Notes: generated by a model not told the origin, from the letters alone. DNA of 64,000 nt from Gemmatimonadaceae bacterium (GCA_040901985.1 JBBDYC010000008.1:250626-314625); one strand, 5' to 3'; positions 47,615 to 58,232 are shown, counted from the first letter of the stretch. Program-made: numbers and translations.

Positions 47615-48226
47615 CTACTGCCTGACCCAGGTGCCCCGGAAGTCCCGCGTCACCTGATACACGAGGCGGTCCACTAGCCAGCCGTAGGCGTCATCGGGAT
47701 CTTGCGCGCCGAACTCCACCTCCCCGTCCACGAGAGAGACGCCGGCAATCCGCTCCCGGAGCTGCCCCGACCGGCTCCAGAGCGTGGCACCGGACTCGGT
47801 GGACAGCAGCCGCGCGGTGAGCGCCACGTCCGCGTCAATGGACACGCGGAGGCCACCGAGGACTGACGCGCGCGTCTTGGCGTTGGAGACGACCACGTGT
47901 CCGACGACGACACTGCGCACGCCGTGCTCCTCGCCAATCCGCCGCGCGGCCGCCGCGTCCATCGGGCCCGCGACCACGCCCAGCTCGAGGATCTCGCTGC
48001 CCGGCTGCGCGGCGAGCAGCTGCTGGACGAATCGCCGGGTCGCGACCGTCGCCAGCGCGCCGCGCGTTCCCTCGGAGGTAAAGGTCACGAGCCCGATCCG
48101 CGCGTGGGGCGCAAGCTCGACGATCGGCGGGAGCAGGACGCGCTTGCTCCGGCAGCCGGCAAGGGCGAACCCGGCAAGCAGGACGATGCCAACGGTGCGG
48201 ACGGACCGCCTGGCGCGAACGCGCAT
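47615..48226 (-). CDS. hypothetical lipoprotein
   Basis: Lipobox LAGC; alpha/beta pattern reminiscent of CsgG/LpoB-like folds. Confidence 0.65.
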   Translation of the reverse strand: MRVRARRSVRTVGIVLLAGFALAGCRSKRVLLPPIVELAPHARIGLVTFTSEGTRGALATVATRRFVQQLLAAQPGSEILELGVVAGPMDAAAARRIGEEHGVRSVVVGHVVVSNAKTRASVLGGLRVSIDADVALTARLLSTESGATLWSRSGQLRERIAGVSLVDGEVEFGAQDPDDAYGWLVDRLVYQVTRDFRGTWVRQ

Positions 48227-48344
48227 CGCAATCTCCGGAGGAGTGGGTCGCCGTGAAAATGAACGCGCCGACGCAGTTCTGCCAGCGTCGGCGCGTCCAC
48301 CTTCCGTTTACGGCCCTGCAGCGCAGGGCCGCAATGGCCGTGCG

Positions 48345-48974
48345 TTACTCAGTTGGCGGCGTCGCCGTGAGGACCGGCGTCATCGCCCAGATCCCCGAGC
48401 CGCCCGCGACCTGCCCGAAGCTCTGCGAGACGTCGAAGTCAATCACGAGGGTTACGGTCTCGTCCTCATTGATCACGATCGCGTCGCCCGGCAGCGTCAC
48501 CTTGAGCCCGGTCTGGGCGAAGCTCGGCATCTGGAGCGTGCCGTTCACGGTGGCACCCGCGGGAAGTCCTGCGTACGTCGACGACGAGGCGTAGAGGAGC
48601 TTCGAACCGCCCTCCTGCTCGACCTCGATGTAGGCGCCGCTGATCACGAACCGGAGCTGCGTGTACGTCCCGACAGGGATCGTGAAGCCGGCGATCAGCC
48701 CCTGCGTGTCGTCCACCAGGGTCAGGAGGTTGGTGGTGACGTCGTCGTCGCGGAGGATGATGCGACCGGCGTCCGAATCCTCGGAGGGCTGGAGGTAAAT
48801 CTGGTCAATGGTGACCACGGCGGTCACGACGTCACCCGGGGCGTCGGTGAGGAGGAGCGTGAGTTCACCGGTGCGGAGGGCGGTCGGCGAGTCGCACGAC
48901 GCAAAGCCAACCACGGACATCGCGGCGACGAACCCGGCGAGCAGTCGGCCACGGAGAGCACGGAACGGAATCAT
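48345..48974 (-). CDS. DUF4382-domain lipoprotein
   Basis: Lipobox FASC; LLTDAP, GTYTQLR, IDFDVSQS, MTPVL. Confidence 0.85.
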   Translation of the reverse strand: MIPFRALRGRLLAGFVAAMSVVGFASCDSPTALRTGELTLLLTDAPGDVVTAVVTIDQIYLQPSEDSDAGRIILRDDDVTTNLLTLVDDTQGLIAGFTIPVGTYTQLRFVISGAYIEVEQEGGSKLLYASSSTYAGLPAGATVNGTLQMPSFAQTGLKVTLPGDAIVINEDETVTLVIDFDVSQSFGQVAGGSGIWAMTPVLTATPPTE

Positions 48975-49099
48975 CTGTGAATACCTCTGTCTTGGGGATA
49001 TGGCGCAGCACGAGCTGCCGCCCCTTCACTACCCCCGACTGCAGGCACCCGCGGCGGCGTCACATCGGCGTCGTTAGAGCTCAACGCGTCGGCGCACGC

Positions 49100-51739
49100 T
49101 CAGTCGAGCAGGCCGTTGACCGCCGCGATCAGCGTGGCCGTGCCGAACGGCTTCTGGAGGTACCGGACGCGGGCGTCGGCGGGGAGATCGCCGTGGTTCT
49201 CGGCGCGATCGTACCCGCTTGCGATCACCACCGGCAGGTCGGGACGCTCGGCGCGCAGGATCGCCAGCACCTCGGCGCCACCCATCCGCGGCATCGTGAG
49301 GTCGAGCACCACGAGGTCCACGTCGTCGGGGGACTCTCGGTAGACTTCGAGGCCTCGCAGTCCGTCCTCGGCCTCCAGCACGCTGAACCCGACCTGCTCG
49401 AGGGCGCGCCGGCAGATCCGGCGCAGTGCCGCCTCGTCGTCCACGACGAGGACCGTGCCGCGCCGCGCCGATGGTACGGCGCCTTCGACGGCGCGGACCT
49501 CGGTGTCGGGCGCCGCGACGGCCGGGAGGTAGACGTCGAACGTGGTGCCGACGCCGACCTTGCTGCTGATCTCGAGCACGCCGCCAGTTGACCGGATGAT
49601 GCCGTTCACCGCGCTCAAGCCAAGGCCGCGTCCCGAGGCCTTGGTGGAAAAGAAGGGATCGAAGATGCGGCGCTGGATCTCGCCGGCAATCCCGCGGCCG
49701 GTATCGCTGACGCGCACGTGGATCCAGCCGGCCGCCGAGGCCGCCCGTGGCTCAGACGCTGGCGGTGGCTCGCCCGCCGCCGCACGGAGGGTGATCGTTC
49801 CCTCCTCGTCGCCGATCGCCTCGGCCGCATTCGTGAGGAGGTTCAGCGCCACCTGCGAGAGCTGTGCCGGGTCAATGCCCACCCAGAGCGGGGTTTCCAT
49901 TGGCACGACGTCAAACGTGATCTTCTTGGAATGCCCGGCACGGACGAGCGCCACCATATCGCGGAGCACGGGCCGAAGGTCGGTCGCCTCACTGCGCAGA
50001 CTGGCCCGGCCGGCGTAGGCGAGCATCTGCCGCGTCAACTCGGCGGCGCGCCGCGTCGCCACCGCAATCTGGTCGAGCGCCTGACGCACTTCCTCGGGGT
50101 CGTCGGCCGCCGCGCGCGCGAGGTCCACGTTCCCCAGCACCACGCCAAGGATGTTGTTGAAGTCGTGCGCGATCCCGCCCGCCATGATGCCGAGACTCTC
50201 GAGCTTCTGCGCCTGCTGCACGCCCGCATCGCGATGGCGGCGCTCCTCCTCGGCGCGGGCCCGTTCGGTGAGGTCGGTCGCGACGAGTCCGAACGCGTAG
50301 ACCTCGCCCGCCTTGACGCGGAGCGGGAAGATCACCGCCTGCCACGTATGCGGATCAGCCGGGGTCCCGAGGGTGATCTCGGTCTCGCTGTGCGTCCCCT
50401 CGAACTGGGCGCGATCGAACGCCGCCTGGAGTGCCGCGGACGCCGCCGTGGGGAGGGTGTCCGCAAGGCGGGTCCCGATGAGCGACCCGTGCGCCCGTCC
50501 GACCGCCGACTCGTAGCGGCGGTTGGCGAGCCGAATCCGCCGGTCGAGGCCGACCACCACGACAATCGTCGTGGCGTTGTCCACGACGTCCTGGAGCAGG
50601 GCGCGGCTTGCCTGCGCGGCGTCGAGCGCGCCCCGGGTGGCCGACACCTGCGACTGCAACTCGTCGTAGAGCGCGCGGAGGCGTCGGGTCATCTCGTTGA
50701 ACGCCGACGCCAGCCGTCCGACCTCGTCCACGCCGCCGACCGGTGCCGTCGCCGAGAAGTCGCCGCCGGCGACCGCTTCGGCCGCCGCCGTGACCGCGAT
50801 GACCGGTCGCATCACGTGACGGGAGATCGCAATCACGCCGAAGGTCAGCAGCCCGGCCAGCAGGAGGCCGGTCACGAGGGCGTTCCGGAGCAGTCGGCGC
50901 GCCGGCGCAAAGACCTCGTCGCTCGGCGACTCGAGGACGAGCGCCAGCTCGAGCTCCGGCAGCCAGCGCCAGACGCCGACGACCGGACGTCCGCGGTAAT
51001 CGGGGTAGAGTCCGGCGCCGGACTCTCCGGCCAGCGCCCGGTCAATTGCCTCGCTGTGCACGCCCCGCGCGTGCTCGGCGCTCCCGAACCGCTCGGCCGA
51101 GACGAACTCTGCGAACCGGTTCACCACGTACGCGTCGAGCGCGACCTCACTCTCGCGCCCCTTGAGCACCCGCTCCATCTCGGTGAGGTCGAGGTGCGCG
51201 GCCAGCACGGCGGTGACGGCGCTGTCCGGGCCGTAGACCGGCGTTGCGACGGTCATCGTCGGGCGTCCCGTGACGCCGGAGGGGTAGATCGTCTGCGTGA
51301 AGGTCGCGTGGCGTCCTTCCTGGTAGTAGAGCTGGTCCACCGCGTAGGTGTCGAGGCGGGCGCGGTCGGAGGAGCGAATGATCCGCCCGCCGGGCACGGT
51401 CAGGAGGTTGACCTCGGTCGCCGCGAGGAGGGTTGGGTCAAGGAGCGCGATCCCTCGCCGGCCGGTCGGCCCGCCCTCCGGGAGGAGTGCGGCGGCCCGC
51501 GTATTGGTCAACTCGGCGATCAACTTGATGGCCGCCCGCTGGCGATAGTGCCACGCCGAGAGCTGATCGGCGTCCTGCGCGGCAAAGATCTCGAGCCGTT
51601 CGATGAACCGCTGGCGCAACGCGTTCTCGGCGGCGCGGTACGAGACCAACGTCGCGATCAACACCGTTCCCACGGCCAGCGAGAGGAACGCCGCGCTGAG
51701 GCGGACCGCAAGACTCCGGCGGAAGAGCTGGCTGATCAC
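49100..51739 (-). CDS. membrane hybrid histidine kinase (Cache-HAMP-PAS-HisKA-HATPase-REC)
   Basis: Two TMs around Cache-like region (YPDYRGRPVVG); DEVGRLA HAMP; AHDFNN; REC; GTG overlaps upstream stop. Confidence 0.9.
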   Translation of the reverse strand: MISQLFRRSLAVRLSAAFLSLAVGTVLIATLVSYRAAENALRQRFIERLEIFAAQDADQLSAWHYRQRAAIKLIAELTNTRAAALLPEGGPTGRRGIALLDPTLLAATEVNLLTVPGGRIIRSSDRARLDTYAVDQLYYQEGRHATFTQTIYPSGVTGRPTMTVATPVYGPDSAVTAVLAAHLDLTEMERVLKGRESEVALDAYVVNRFAEFVSAERFGSAEHARGVHSEAIDRALAGESGAGLYPDYRGRPVVGVWRWLPELELALVLESPSDEVFAPARRLLRNALVTGLLLAGLLTFGVIAISRHVMRPVIAVTAAAEAVAGGDFSATAPVGGVDEVGRLASAFNEMTRRLRALYDELQSQVSATRGALDAAQASRALLQDVVDNATTIVVVVGLDRRIRLANRRYESAVGRAHGSLIGTRLADTLPTAASAALQAAFDRAQFEGTHSETEITLGTPADPHTWQAVIFPLRVKAGEVYAFGLVATDLTERARAEEERRHRDAGVQQAQKLESLGIMAGGIAHDFNNILGVVLGNVDLARAAADDPEEVRQALDQIAVATRRAAELTRQMLAYAGRASLRSEATDLRPVLRDMVALVRAGHSKKITFDVVPMETPLWVGIDPAQLSQVALNLLTNAAEAIGDEEGTITLRAAAGEPPPASEPRAASAAGWIHVRVSDTGRGIAGEIQRRIFDPFFSTKASGRGLGLSAVNGIIRSTGGVLEISSKVGVGTTFDVYLPAVAAPDTEVRAVEGAVPSARRGTVLVVDDEAALRRICRRALEQVGFSVLEAEDGLRGLEVYRESPDDVDLVVLDLTMPRMGGAEVLAILRAERPDLPVVIASGYDRAENHGDLPADARVRYLQKPFGTATLIAAVNGLLD

Positions 51740-52902
51740 GGACGCGGTTCGGCGTGTGCGCGAAGCCGGGTGGAGTCCGGATGCACCTCGAGGAGGACCG
51801 CCCCGCGGATCGGGTCGCCGGTGCCGCGGAAGTCGTACCGGGCCAACGCCCCATCCCACGCCCCGAGACGCCGGAGGGTGTCGGAGAGTGCCGGGCCGCT
51901 GCGGCTCCCCGAGCGTGACGCGGCCTCGGCGGCGAGGATCACCGCGTCGTACGTCGCGGCAGCCGTCGCGTACGGCGGGACTCCCGGGTACCGGGCGGTC
52001 CACGCGGCGACGAATGCGCGCAGCGCCGCTCGGTCCCCGCGGCGATCCCAGTTGGCCACGACAATCGACCCCACGGCGTCATCGCGCGACGAGAGCGTCT
52101 GCAGTTCCCAGGCGTCGGTGCCGAGGAACCGACCGCGGAATCCCAGCGCGCGGGCCACCCCGATCTGCGCCGAGTCGTGGACGATGAAACTCGGCAACAG
52201 GATCGCGTCCGGACGCCGCTGCAGGATGCGGCGCAGTTGCGGCGCGTGGTCGCGCGGGTCGTCGGTGTCAAAGGTCTCGATGCTGACCAGCCGCCCGCCC
52301 AGCGCCTCGAGCGTCTCGCGGAAGAGCCGCGTGACCTCGCGGCCGTAGGGACTGGCGGCGTCGTGCAGCGCGGCGGCACGGCGCACGCCCAGTGAGTCGA
52401 AGGCGAATCGCGCGAGCACCTCACCCTGCACCGCATCCACGAAGGCGAGCCGCGTGACCATCCGCCGTCCGGCGGTGACGGCAGGGTTCGACGCCATCGG
52501 CGTGATCATCGGGATCTCGGAGACCTCGGCGACCGGCGCCGCCGCCACGGCGAGGTTGCTCGTCTGCGGGCCAATCAGGACATCCACCGAATCGAGGTTG
52601 ATCAACGCGCGCGCCGCCACTGCGGCCGCATCGGGCCGGTTCGCCGTCCGCCGCTCGATCAACACGACGCGATGTCGGCGACCGTTGATCAGCACGCCCC
52701 CGGCGGCGTTGAGCTGTTCGACCGCGAGGTCGGCGCCCCGGCGTCCGGGAATCCCCGACGACGCCTCCATCGTCCCGTCGTAGGATCCAATCAGCCCCAG
52801 CCTGAACTCCGCCGCCGGTTGTTCGCAGCCGCCCGTCAGGAGCGCCGCGGCGAGCGCAAGGCCCGCGGCAATCCGCCCGCGAGAACACACGCGGAGGGTC
52901 AC
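51736..52902 (-). CDS. LivK/LivJ-like periplasmic binding lipoprotein
   Basis: Lipobox TGGC; LAVEQLNAAGG, IGPQTS, PMITPMAS, AATYDAV. Confidence 0.85.
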   Translation of the reverse strand: MTLRVCSRGRIAAGLALAAALLTGGCEQPAAEFRLGLIGSYDGTMEASSGIPGRRGADLAVEQLNAAGGVLINGRRHRVVLIERRTANRPDAAAVAARALINLDSVDVLIGPQTSNLAVAAAPVAEVSEIPMITPMASNPAVTAGRRMVTRLAFVDAVQGEVLARFAFDSLGVRRAAALHDAASPYGREVTRLFRETLEALGGRLVSIETFDTDDPRDHAPQLRRILQRRPDAILLPSFIVHDSAQIGVARALGFRGRFLGTDAWELQTLSSRDDAVGSIVVANWDRRGDRAALRAFVAAWTARYPGVPPYATAAATYDAVILAAEAASRSGSRSGPALSDTLRRLGAWDGALARYDFRGTGDPIRGAVLLEVHPDSTRLRAHAEPRP

Positions 52903-53282
52903 GGCGTCTGGCAGACGCTGAGCAGCATCTCGCTCACCTCAAGCGCACGCACCGAATGGGCCTGCCCCGGCGCGAGCGAGACCAGTTCGCCCGGGCCGAG
53001 TTGCATCTCCTCGTCCCCGACGGTGACCGAGAGGCGTCCCGACAGCACGTGGATCGTCACCTCGCCCTCGGTGCGATGCTCCTTGAGGTGTCCGTCCTTC
53101 TCGAACACGAAGAGAATCAGTCCCACCGGGCCGCGGCGGACGAGCGCCACCTGCCGATGGCCGGCCACCGGCGCGTGCGGTTCGGCGCGCAGTTGCGCCG
53201 CCGCCTCAGCCAGCGCGATTCGCTGCATGGGCGCGGCGAGCCGTTCCTTCGGGTGCGTGCGGAGTCGGTCGTCGGTGCTCAT
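52899..53282 (-). CDS. cupin domain protein
   Basis: LKEH..GEVTIHVLSG..PGQAHSVRA. Confidence 0.8.
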   Translation of the reverse strand: MSTDDRLRTHPKERLAAPMQRIALAEAAAQLRAEPHAPVAGHRQVALVRRGPVGLILFVFEKDGHLKEHRTEGEVTIHVLSGRLSVTVGDEEMQLGPGELVSLAPGQAHSVRALEVSEMLLSVCQTP

Positions 53283-53309
53283 CGTCGGGTCTCCGGGCGG
53301 TGGGAGGAG

Positions 53310-53825
53310 CTACGCGGGCGGAAAGTGCGGACCCGCCGTCTCGCCGCGCGGGTCCACGTCCCGCTGGAATCGCACGGCGACCGACACGCTGTCCGGTCCG
53401 ACGTAAGATGCCTCATACACACTCAATCGGTCAGGCAGATGCTCGATCAGGACGACGGTGGCGGGGTGGCCGACGTCGCCGAGCCCGACGCGCATCGTGA
53501 GGCCGCCGAGTTGCAGGCGCTGGGCGTACACGTAGGTGCGCCGTCCGTCGGGCGCCTCGACGTACACCTGCCACGGCTGCCCGTCGTCCCAGGCCGGCTG
53601 TCCGCGGATCAGCTCGACCCGCGCGGTGAGGACCACGCGCATCGGCGCGCCGCTTCCAGTGAGGTTACCCTCTGCGACCCGGACATAGTTCCAGCCGTCG
53701 GCGCCGGCCACCGCGGCCGGGATTGCCGGATCCACCAGTTGCACCGTCGGTTCGGCGACGATGGCGTCGTCGCCACAGGCCGCAACGACCATTGCCATCG
53801 CGCCCAGTCGGCCCCACCTGACCAT
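53310..53825 (-). CDS. hypothetical lipoprotein
   Basis: Lipobox VAAC; WDDGQPW motif; GAGAGG RBS. Confidence 0.65.
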   Translation of the reverse strand: MVRWGRLGAMAMVVAACGDDAIVAEPTVQLVDPAIPAAVAGADGWNYVRVAEGNLTGSGAPMRVVLTARVELIRGQPAWDDGQPWQVYVEAPDGRRTYVYAQRLQLGGLTMRVGLGDVGHPATVVLIEHLPDRLSVYEASYVGPDSVSVAVRFQRDVDPRGETAGPHFPPA

Positions 53826-54068
53826 TTGCCTCTCCGGTTCGTGTGTCGGACTGGTACCCCGAAGTGCTCGTCCCCTCGGCTGGCCGCTGCACGCAGTGCC
53901 CATCATCCGGATGAACGGATGGCAAGGGGGAGGGGAAGAGGGCTAGTGTTGTGCGCGGCGGATCGGGGACAATGCCATACTAGGCTCGGTGCCGTTCCCC
54001 AGATCGTGCAGAGTCCACCTGAGGCAGGCGCGAGGACTTCAGGTGAATCCAATGATAGCGAGTTCGAA

Positions 54069-54527
54069 GTGAAAGTTGACCGCGTCAGGACCGCAGTCCG
54101 CGTGCTCGTGGCCGGAGTGCTCTGGGCGATTGTCTACGGCCTCGTGTGGGGAGTCGCGTGGTTCGCGTTTATGGAATCGACTTGGCGCGACGCGCTTGCT
54201 GATGGCGATCGCCAGATGCCTTGGACCGCGATCTGGACAGTATGGGCAGTGCTCAATGTTCCGCTCGGCGTGGCAACGGCCGCATACCTGCGCCAACGCG
54301 ACCGCATCGCTACGGAATCGAGGGCCCTGGTCGCTGTCGTCCTGGTGCTTTGGGTCCCGATGACCGCGGGAATGATTGGCTGGGCCTGGTTTGAGTCGCT
54401 CTCGCAGGTGCTTATCGCCATCGACTCCGTAGTGAATCTTGTGGGGCTCGCGATGGCGTCTCTGGTCGCGCGCGCCATTGTGCGCGGACCATACCGTCCG
54501 CGTGCCACGCGGCAGGAGGCACGTTGA
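54069..54527 (+). CDS. hypothetical four-TM membrane protein
   Basis: Hydrophobic Trp-rich ORF end; start uncertain. Confidence 0.55.
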   Translation: MKVDRVRTAVRVLVAGVLWAIVYGLVWGVAWFAFMESTWRDALADGDRQMPWTAIWTVWAVLNVPLGVATAAYLRQRDRIATESRALVAVVLVLWVPMTAGMIGWAWFESLSQVLIAIDSVVNLVGLAMASLVARAIVRGPYRPRATRQEAR

Positions 54528-55081
54528 CTACGAGTACTGGACGCGTTGGCTGGAGTTTCTCACTTCAGTGGGTTGCCGCGAGCCTAGCCGGACTCGCCGT
54601 TGGCGCCGGTCTCTTGTTGGTTATCTCGAAGGGGCTGGGCTCGACGCCACACAAAGGCATCATGGGAGCGGTCGTCGGTGGGACGGTCGGAACGCTGCAG
54701 TGGTTCGTCCTGCGTCGGTACGGAGTCCGATTGGCGTGGTGGGTCGTGGCCAGCGTTACCGCGTGGGGGATCAGTGCGCCAATGGAACTGGTCGGCGGCC
54801 TGATGCTTTCAATCGCCGTTCTCGCGGTCTTGGCTGGCACCTTGCAAGGTCTGGCGATTCGGGGCGTGATCCCGCGTAGCTTCTGGTGGCTTCCAGTGAA
54901 CATCGCAGCGTGGTCAGTGTTTCTCGGCGTCGTTCGTCTGACAAGCCAGCTGTCCAATCCAGGCGTAGGAATCGGCGTCGGGTTCGCTCTCGTCTGTGCC
55001 ATCACAGGGATGGCCATGGTCTGGATGCTGCGAGCTGCTTACTCTAGCCTCACGCCTACGCCCACCGGAGGTGAATCTTGA
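54524..55081 (+). CDS. hypothetical multi-TM membrane protein
   Basis: TTG start with GGAGG RBS, coupled to upstream stop; internal repeat G.LQ..V/AL/IR...WW. Confidence 0.65.
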   Translation: MTTSTGRVGWSFSLQWVAASLAGLAVGAGLLLVISKGLGSTPHKGIMGAVVGGTVGTLQWFVLRRYGVRLAWWVVASVTAWGISAPMELVGGLMLSIAVLAVLAGTLQGLAIRGVIPRSFWWLPVNIAAWSVFLGVVRLTSQLSNPGVGIGVGFALVCAITGMAMVWMLRAAYSSLTPTPTGGES

Positions 55082-55443
55082 AGAGTCCGCTGGTCCCATT
55101 GTTTCTCGGGCTGGCATTCATCGCAGCGGCCATCGCGATTCCTGCGCAGCAGCGCGCCACGCAACGCGGCGAAGTGCGCGAGATCGCCGCCCTGCGCGCG
55201 GAACTTGATTCGGTCCACGCTGCCCTGGTGCGCGCCCGGACGCCGCCGGATTCCGCTCTGCTGGCGGAAAGCATCGCTGGCCGCACGTACCTCCTCGGCA
55301 GACGTGAGTACCACGTGCAGGCCCGACAGCCAACGATTGATGATTGGTGGACCTTCAGGGGGCCGGGCACGCTGTTGAGCGCGTTTGGCGCACTGTGCGT
55401 CGGCCTCGCGGCATTCGTGGGATGGCGCGGCCGCGCGGTGTGA
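55078..55443 (+). CDS. hypothetical two-TM protein
   Basis: TTG start with GGAGG RBS; TMs at both ends. Confidence 0.55.
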   Translation: MKSPLVPLFLGLAFIAAAIAIPAQQRATQRGEVREIAALRAELDSVHAALVRARTPPDSALLAESIAGRTYLLGRREYHVQARQPTIDDWWTFRGPGTLLSAFGALCVGLAAFVGWRGRAV

Positions 55444-55489
55444 AGTCAACTGTGAAGTGCAACACTCACGGCCACGGCGCCGAATCAGC

Positions 55490-57229
55490 TCACGGGAAGA
55501 GTGGAGGCGCGTGTCGCCGTCGCGTCGCCTGCTCAAAGGCGTAGGCGAGGGCAATCAGCCGGGGCTCGCTGCACGCGGAGCCGGTGAAGCTCACGCCATA
55601 GGGCGCGGGCGCGCGCGCATACCCTTCCGGGAACGCCTGCGCGCCCTCGCCCCGCCCGAGGGGAAGCAGCGCGAACGGCACGATCACGGTCGGGTAGCCG
55701 GCGCGCGCGGCGATGTTGGCCGGACTCGGGCCGGGGAAGAGCAGGGCGTCGAGCCGATGTTCGCGCATCGCCGCGTCAATGCCGCGCGTCGCCGAAAGAC
55801 GGACGTCCTTCCGGCGGTCGGCCTCGTAGCGCGCACGGTCGGCCTGCACGTCCATCTCGTCGGAGATGTCGAGCTGTGCCTGGCCATACTTGATCGCCCC
55901 GGCGCGCTGATGCGCGATGTTCCACTGGCGCAGCTCGGTCAGCGTGCGCACCGGCGCGCGGTCGCCGAGGGACCGGAGCCAGGCGTTGAAGTCCCGCTTC
56001 ATTCCGTACTTGAACACGGTCGAGCAGTCGGCGTCGCGCCCCTTTGCGCGGTCGAGTCCGCTGCAGGGACTCCAATTGAGGAGGTTCTCGGCGGGGTCGC
56101 TCTCGATGATGCTCGGGATGTCGGCCGGGTCCACGATCACGGCGCCCAGTTGGCGGAGCACGGCGATTGCCTCGTCCATCGCCTGCCGTTGCGTCTCGCC
56201 GAGCCCGCCGCGTGGCGAGCTGCTGCCGCCGGCCGGCGGCACGGTGCGCTCGTAGAAGAAGGCGCGCGGGATGCCGATGCGCGCGCCGGCGAGCGCCTTC
56301 GAATCGAGGAACGCAGTGTAGTCACGCCCCGGCGGCGCCTGGCACACATTGGTCGCCGCATCATTCGGATCCGGCTCGGCGCCTTCCATTGCGCCGAGTA
56401 GGATGGCGGCGTCCGTCACCGTACGGGCCATCGGTCCCGGGGTGTCCTGGTCGGCCGTGATCGGGATGATGCCGTGGCGGCTGAGGCGGCCGACCGTCGG
56501 CTTGATCCCCACCAGCATCGTCTGGTTCGATGGACTGAGGATGGACCCCGAGGTTTCCGTCCCGACGCTCGCCGCCCAGAAGCTGACGCTCGTGCCGACG
56601 CCGGAGCTCGAGCCGCCGGTGAAGAGCACCGGGCGCCCGTCGAAGAAGGCGTCGCGCGGGTCGCGCCGCGGGTCCCACGGGTTCATCCCGTAGCCGGTGA
56701 GCGCGTTGTAGTTGGCTGGCATCCCGCTCGCCGTCCAGTTGGCGAGTTCGGTGAGCTGCGTCTTGGCGAAAATGATCGCGCCGGCCGCCTTCAGGTGCGC
56801 GGTGATGGTCGCGTCATAGGGCGCCATCAACTCGGCGAAGGCGATCGCGCCGCCGGTGGTGGGCATCTCCGTCGCGTGGATGATGTCCTTGAGCGCGACC
56901 GGGATCCCGTGGAGCGGCCCGCGCACGCGTCCGGCGGCGCGCTCGCGATCGAGCGAGTCGGCGATGGCCAGCGCGCGCGGATTCACCGTCACGATCGCGT
57001 TGAGCCGGTCCTCGTAGATTGCGATCCGCGCGAGGTACTGCAGGACAATCTCCCGTGACGTGGTCTGGCGCCGCTCGAGCGCCGTGCGGAGGTCTGCAAT
57101 GCTCGTCTCGACGACCGTGAACGGGGCGGCGGCCGGGCGGGCGCGCTGCGCGTCGGCGACCCCGGGAAGGGCGGCGAGGGCCAAGGCGGCGGCTGCAGCG
57201 AGGAGGCGGGTGAACAGGGAGTGGCGCAT
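55490..57229 (-). CDS. secreted amidase signature family enzyme
   Basis: Signal peptide; GPLHGIPVALKD, GGSSSG, VGTETSGSILSP. Confidence 0.92.
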   Translation of the reverse strand: MRHSLFTRLLAAAAALALAALPGVADAQRARPAAAPFTVVETSIADLRTALERRQTTSREIVLQYLARIAIYEDRLNAIVTVNPRALAIADSLDRERAAGRVRGPLHGIPVALKDIIHATEMPTTGGAIAFAELMAPYDATITAHLKAAGAIIFAKTQLTELANWTASGMPANYNALTGYGMNPWDPRRDPRDAFFDGRPVLFTGGSSSGVGTSVSFWAASVGTETSGSILSPSNQTMLVGIKPTVGRLSRHGIIPITADQDTPGPMARTVTDAAILLGAMEGAEPDPNDAATNVCQAPPGRDYTAFLDSKALAGARIGIPRAFFYERTVPPAGGSSSPRGGLGETQRQAMDEAIAVLRQLGAVIVDPADIPSIIESDPAENLLNWSPCSGLDRAKGRDADCSTVFKYGMKRDFNAWLRSLGDRAPVRTLTELRQWNIAHQRAGAIKYGQAQLDISDEMDVQADRARYEADRRKDVRLSATRGIDAAMREHRLDALLFPGPSPANIAARAGYPTVIVPFALLPLGRGEGAQAFPEGYARAPAPYGVSFTGSACSEPRLIALAYAFEQATRRRHAPPLFP

Positions 57230-57293
57230 TTCAGAAGCTGGCACCGCCAGTTCACTTGCGCCACCAACGCTTCCCGTTGCATCGTCAAGGCCG

Positions 57294-58232
57294 ATGCCTC
57301 GCTCCCCCTCGTGTCGGCGCGCCACGTCCGTTGCCCTGCTCGTCGCCGTGTCAGGCATCGTCCCCGCCGCCTCGTGCGGCGATGCCGCCGTCGGACCCAG
57401 CCGGGGGATGCCGGTGGATCCGGCGATCCTCACGCCAGCCGTGATGGCGCAGCTCGATTCGCGCGGGTACTTCCCGCGTCAGGAGCACGAGGCGGGGTAT
57501 CTCCAGCCAATCGATCGGGTGACTGCGGAGACGATGGCGCGCGCCTACCTCGACGACAGTGCGGGCGCGCTCAGCGCGGCCTGGAGCGAGGCGCACGGGG
57601 CGTCGATCGCAGTGGACCGTCTGGTGCGTTGCACGCCGACGCTCTACGCCAGCTCCGCGTACGACGTCGTTGAGATGGGGCTCCACTTCGTCCAGCGCCG
57701 GTATTACGTGGGCCGGTATCTCGTCCAGTACTGCTCGCGCGCTGGCGTGCCGCAACTCCTCGTCGCCGTGGCGGTCGAGGACTGGCTGCTCGATTCGCCG
57801 GGCAACGCGCCCGACCACACGATCCGCGTCCATCCGGTCCCGATCGAGCTCTCGACGCAGATGATCGTCACCCCCGAGCGTGCGGCGCAGTTGGCGGCGG
57901 CGCGCACCGGACGTCGGGTGGCGGCGATTCCCGAACTCATCCTGCCGCGCTTCGTACCGACCATCTGGCAGGCGCGCTGGCTCGTGCAGCTCGAGACCCC
58001 GGTCGCGGTGGCCGGCACGCGGACCTACGAGTCGGACACGCTTTCGGCGGTCCTCGTCGGCGTGGACGAGATTGGGTACGGCCTCGCCACCGTCGTGCTG
58101 CGCCCGCGACTCCGCGCGACGATGGCCGAGCGCATTGACTCGATTACCGGGAGCGGGCCGGATGGGTTCGACTACTACACGGCGCGTCTCGGGCTGCCTC
58201 GCGGCGTCGAGACATTTGTACTCGCGCCCTAG
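57294..58232 (+). CDS. hypothetical lipoprotein
   Basis: Signal with AASC; non-shadow composition; start uncertain. Confidence 0.6.
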   Translation: MPRSPSCRRATSVALLVAVSGIVPAASCGDAAVGPSRGMPVDPAILTPAVMAQLDSRGYFPRQEHEAGYLQPIDRVTAETMARAYLDDSAGALSAAWSEAHGASIAVDRLVRCTPTLYASSAYDVVEMGLHFVQRRYYVGRYLVQYCSRAGVPQLLVAVAVEDWLLDSPGNAPDHTIRVHPVPIELSTQMIVTPERAAQLAAARTGRRVAAIPELILPRFVPTIWQARWLVQLETPVAVAGTRTYESDTLSAVLVGVDEIGYGLATVVLRPRLRATMAERIDSITGSGPDGFDYYTARLGLPRGVETFVLAP

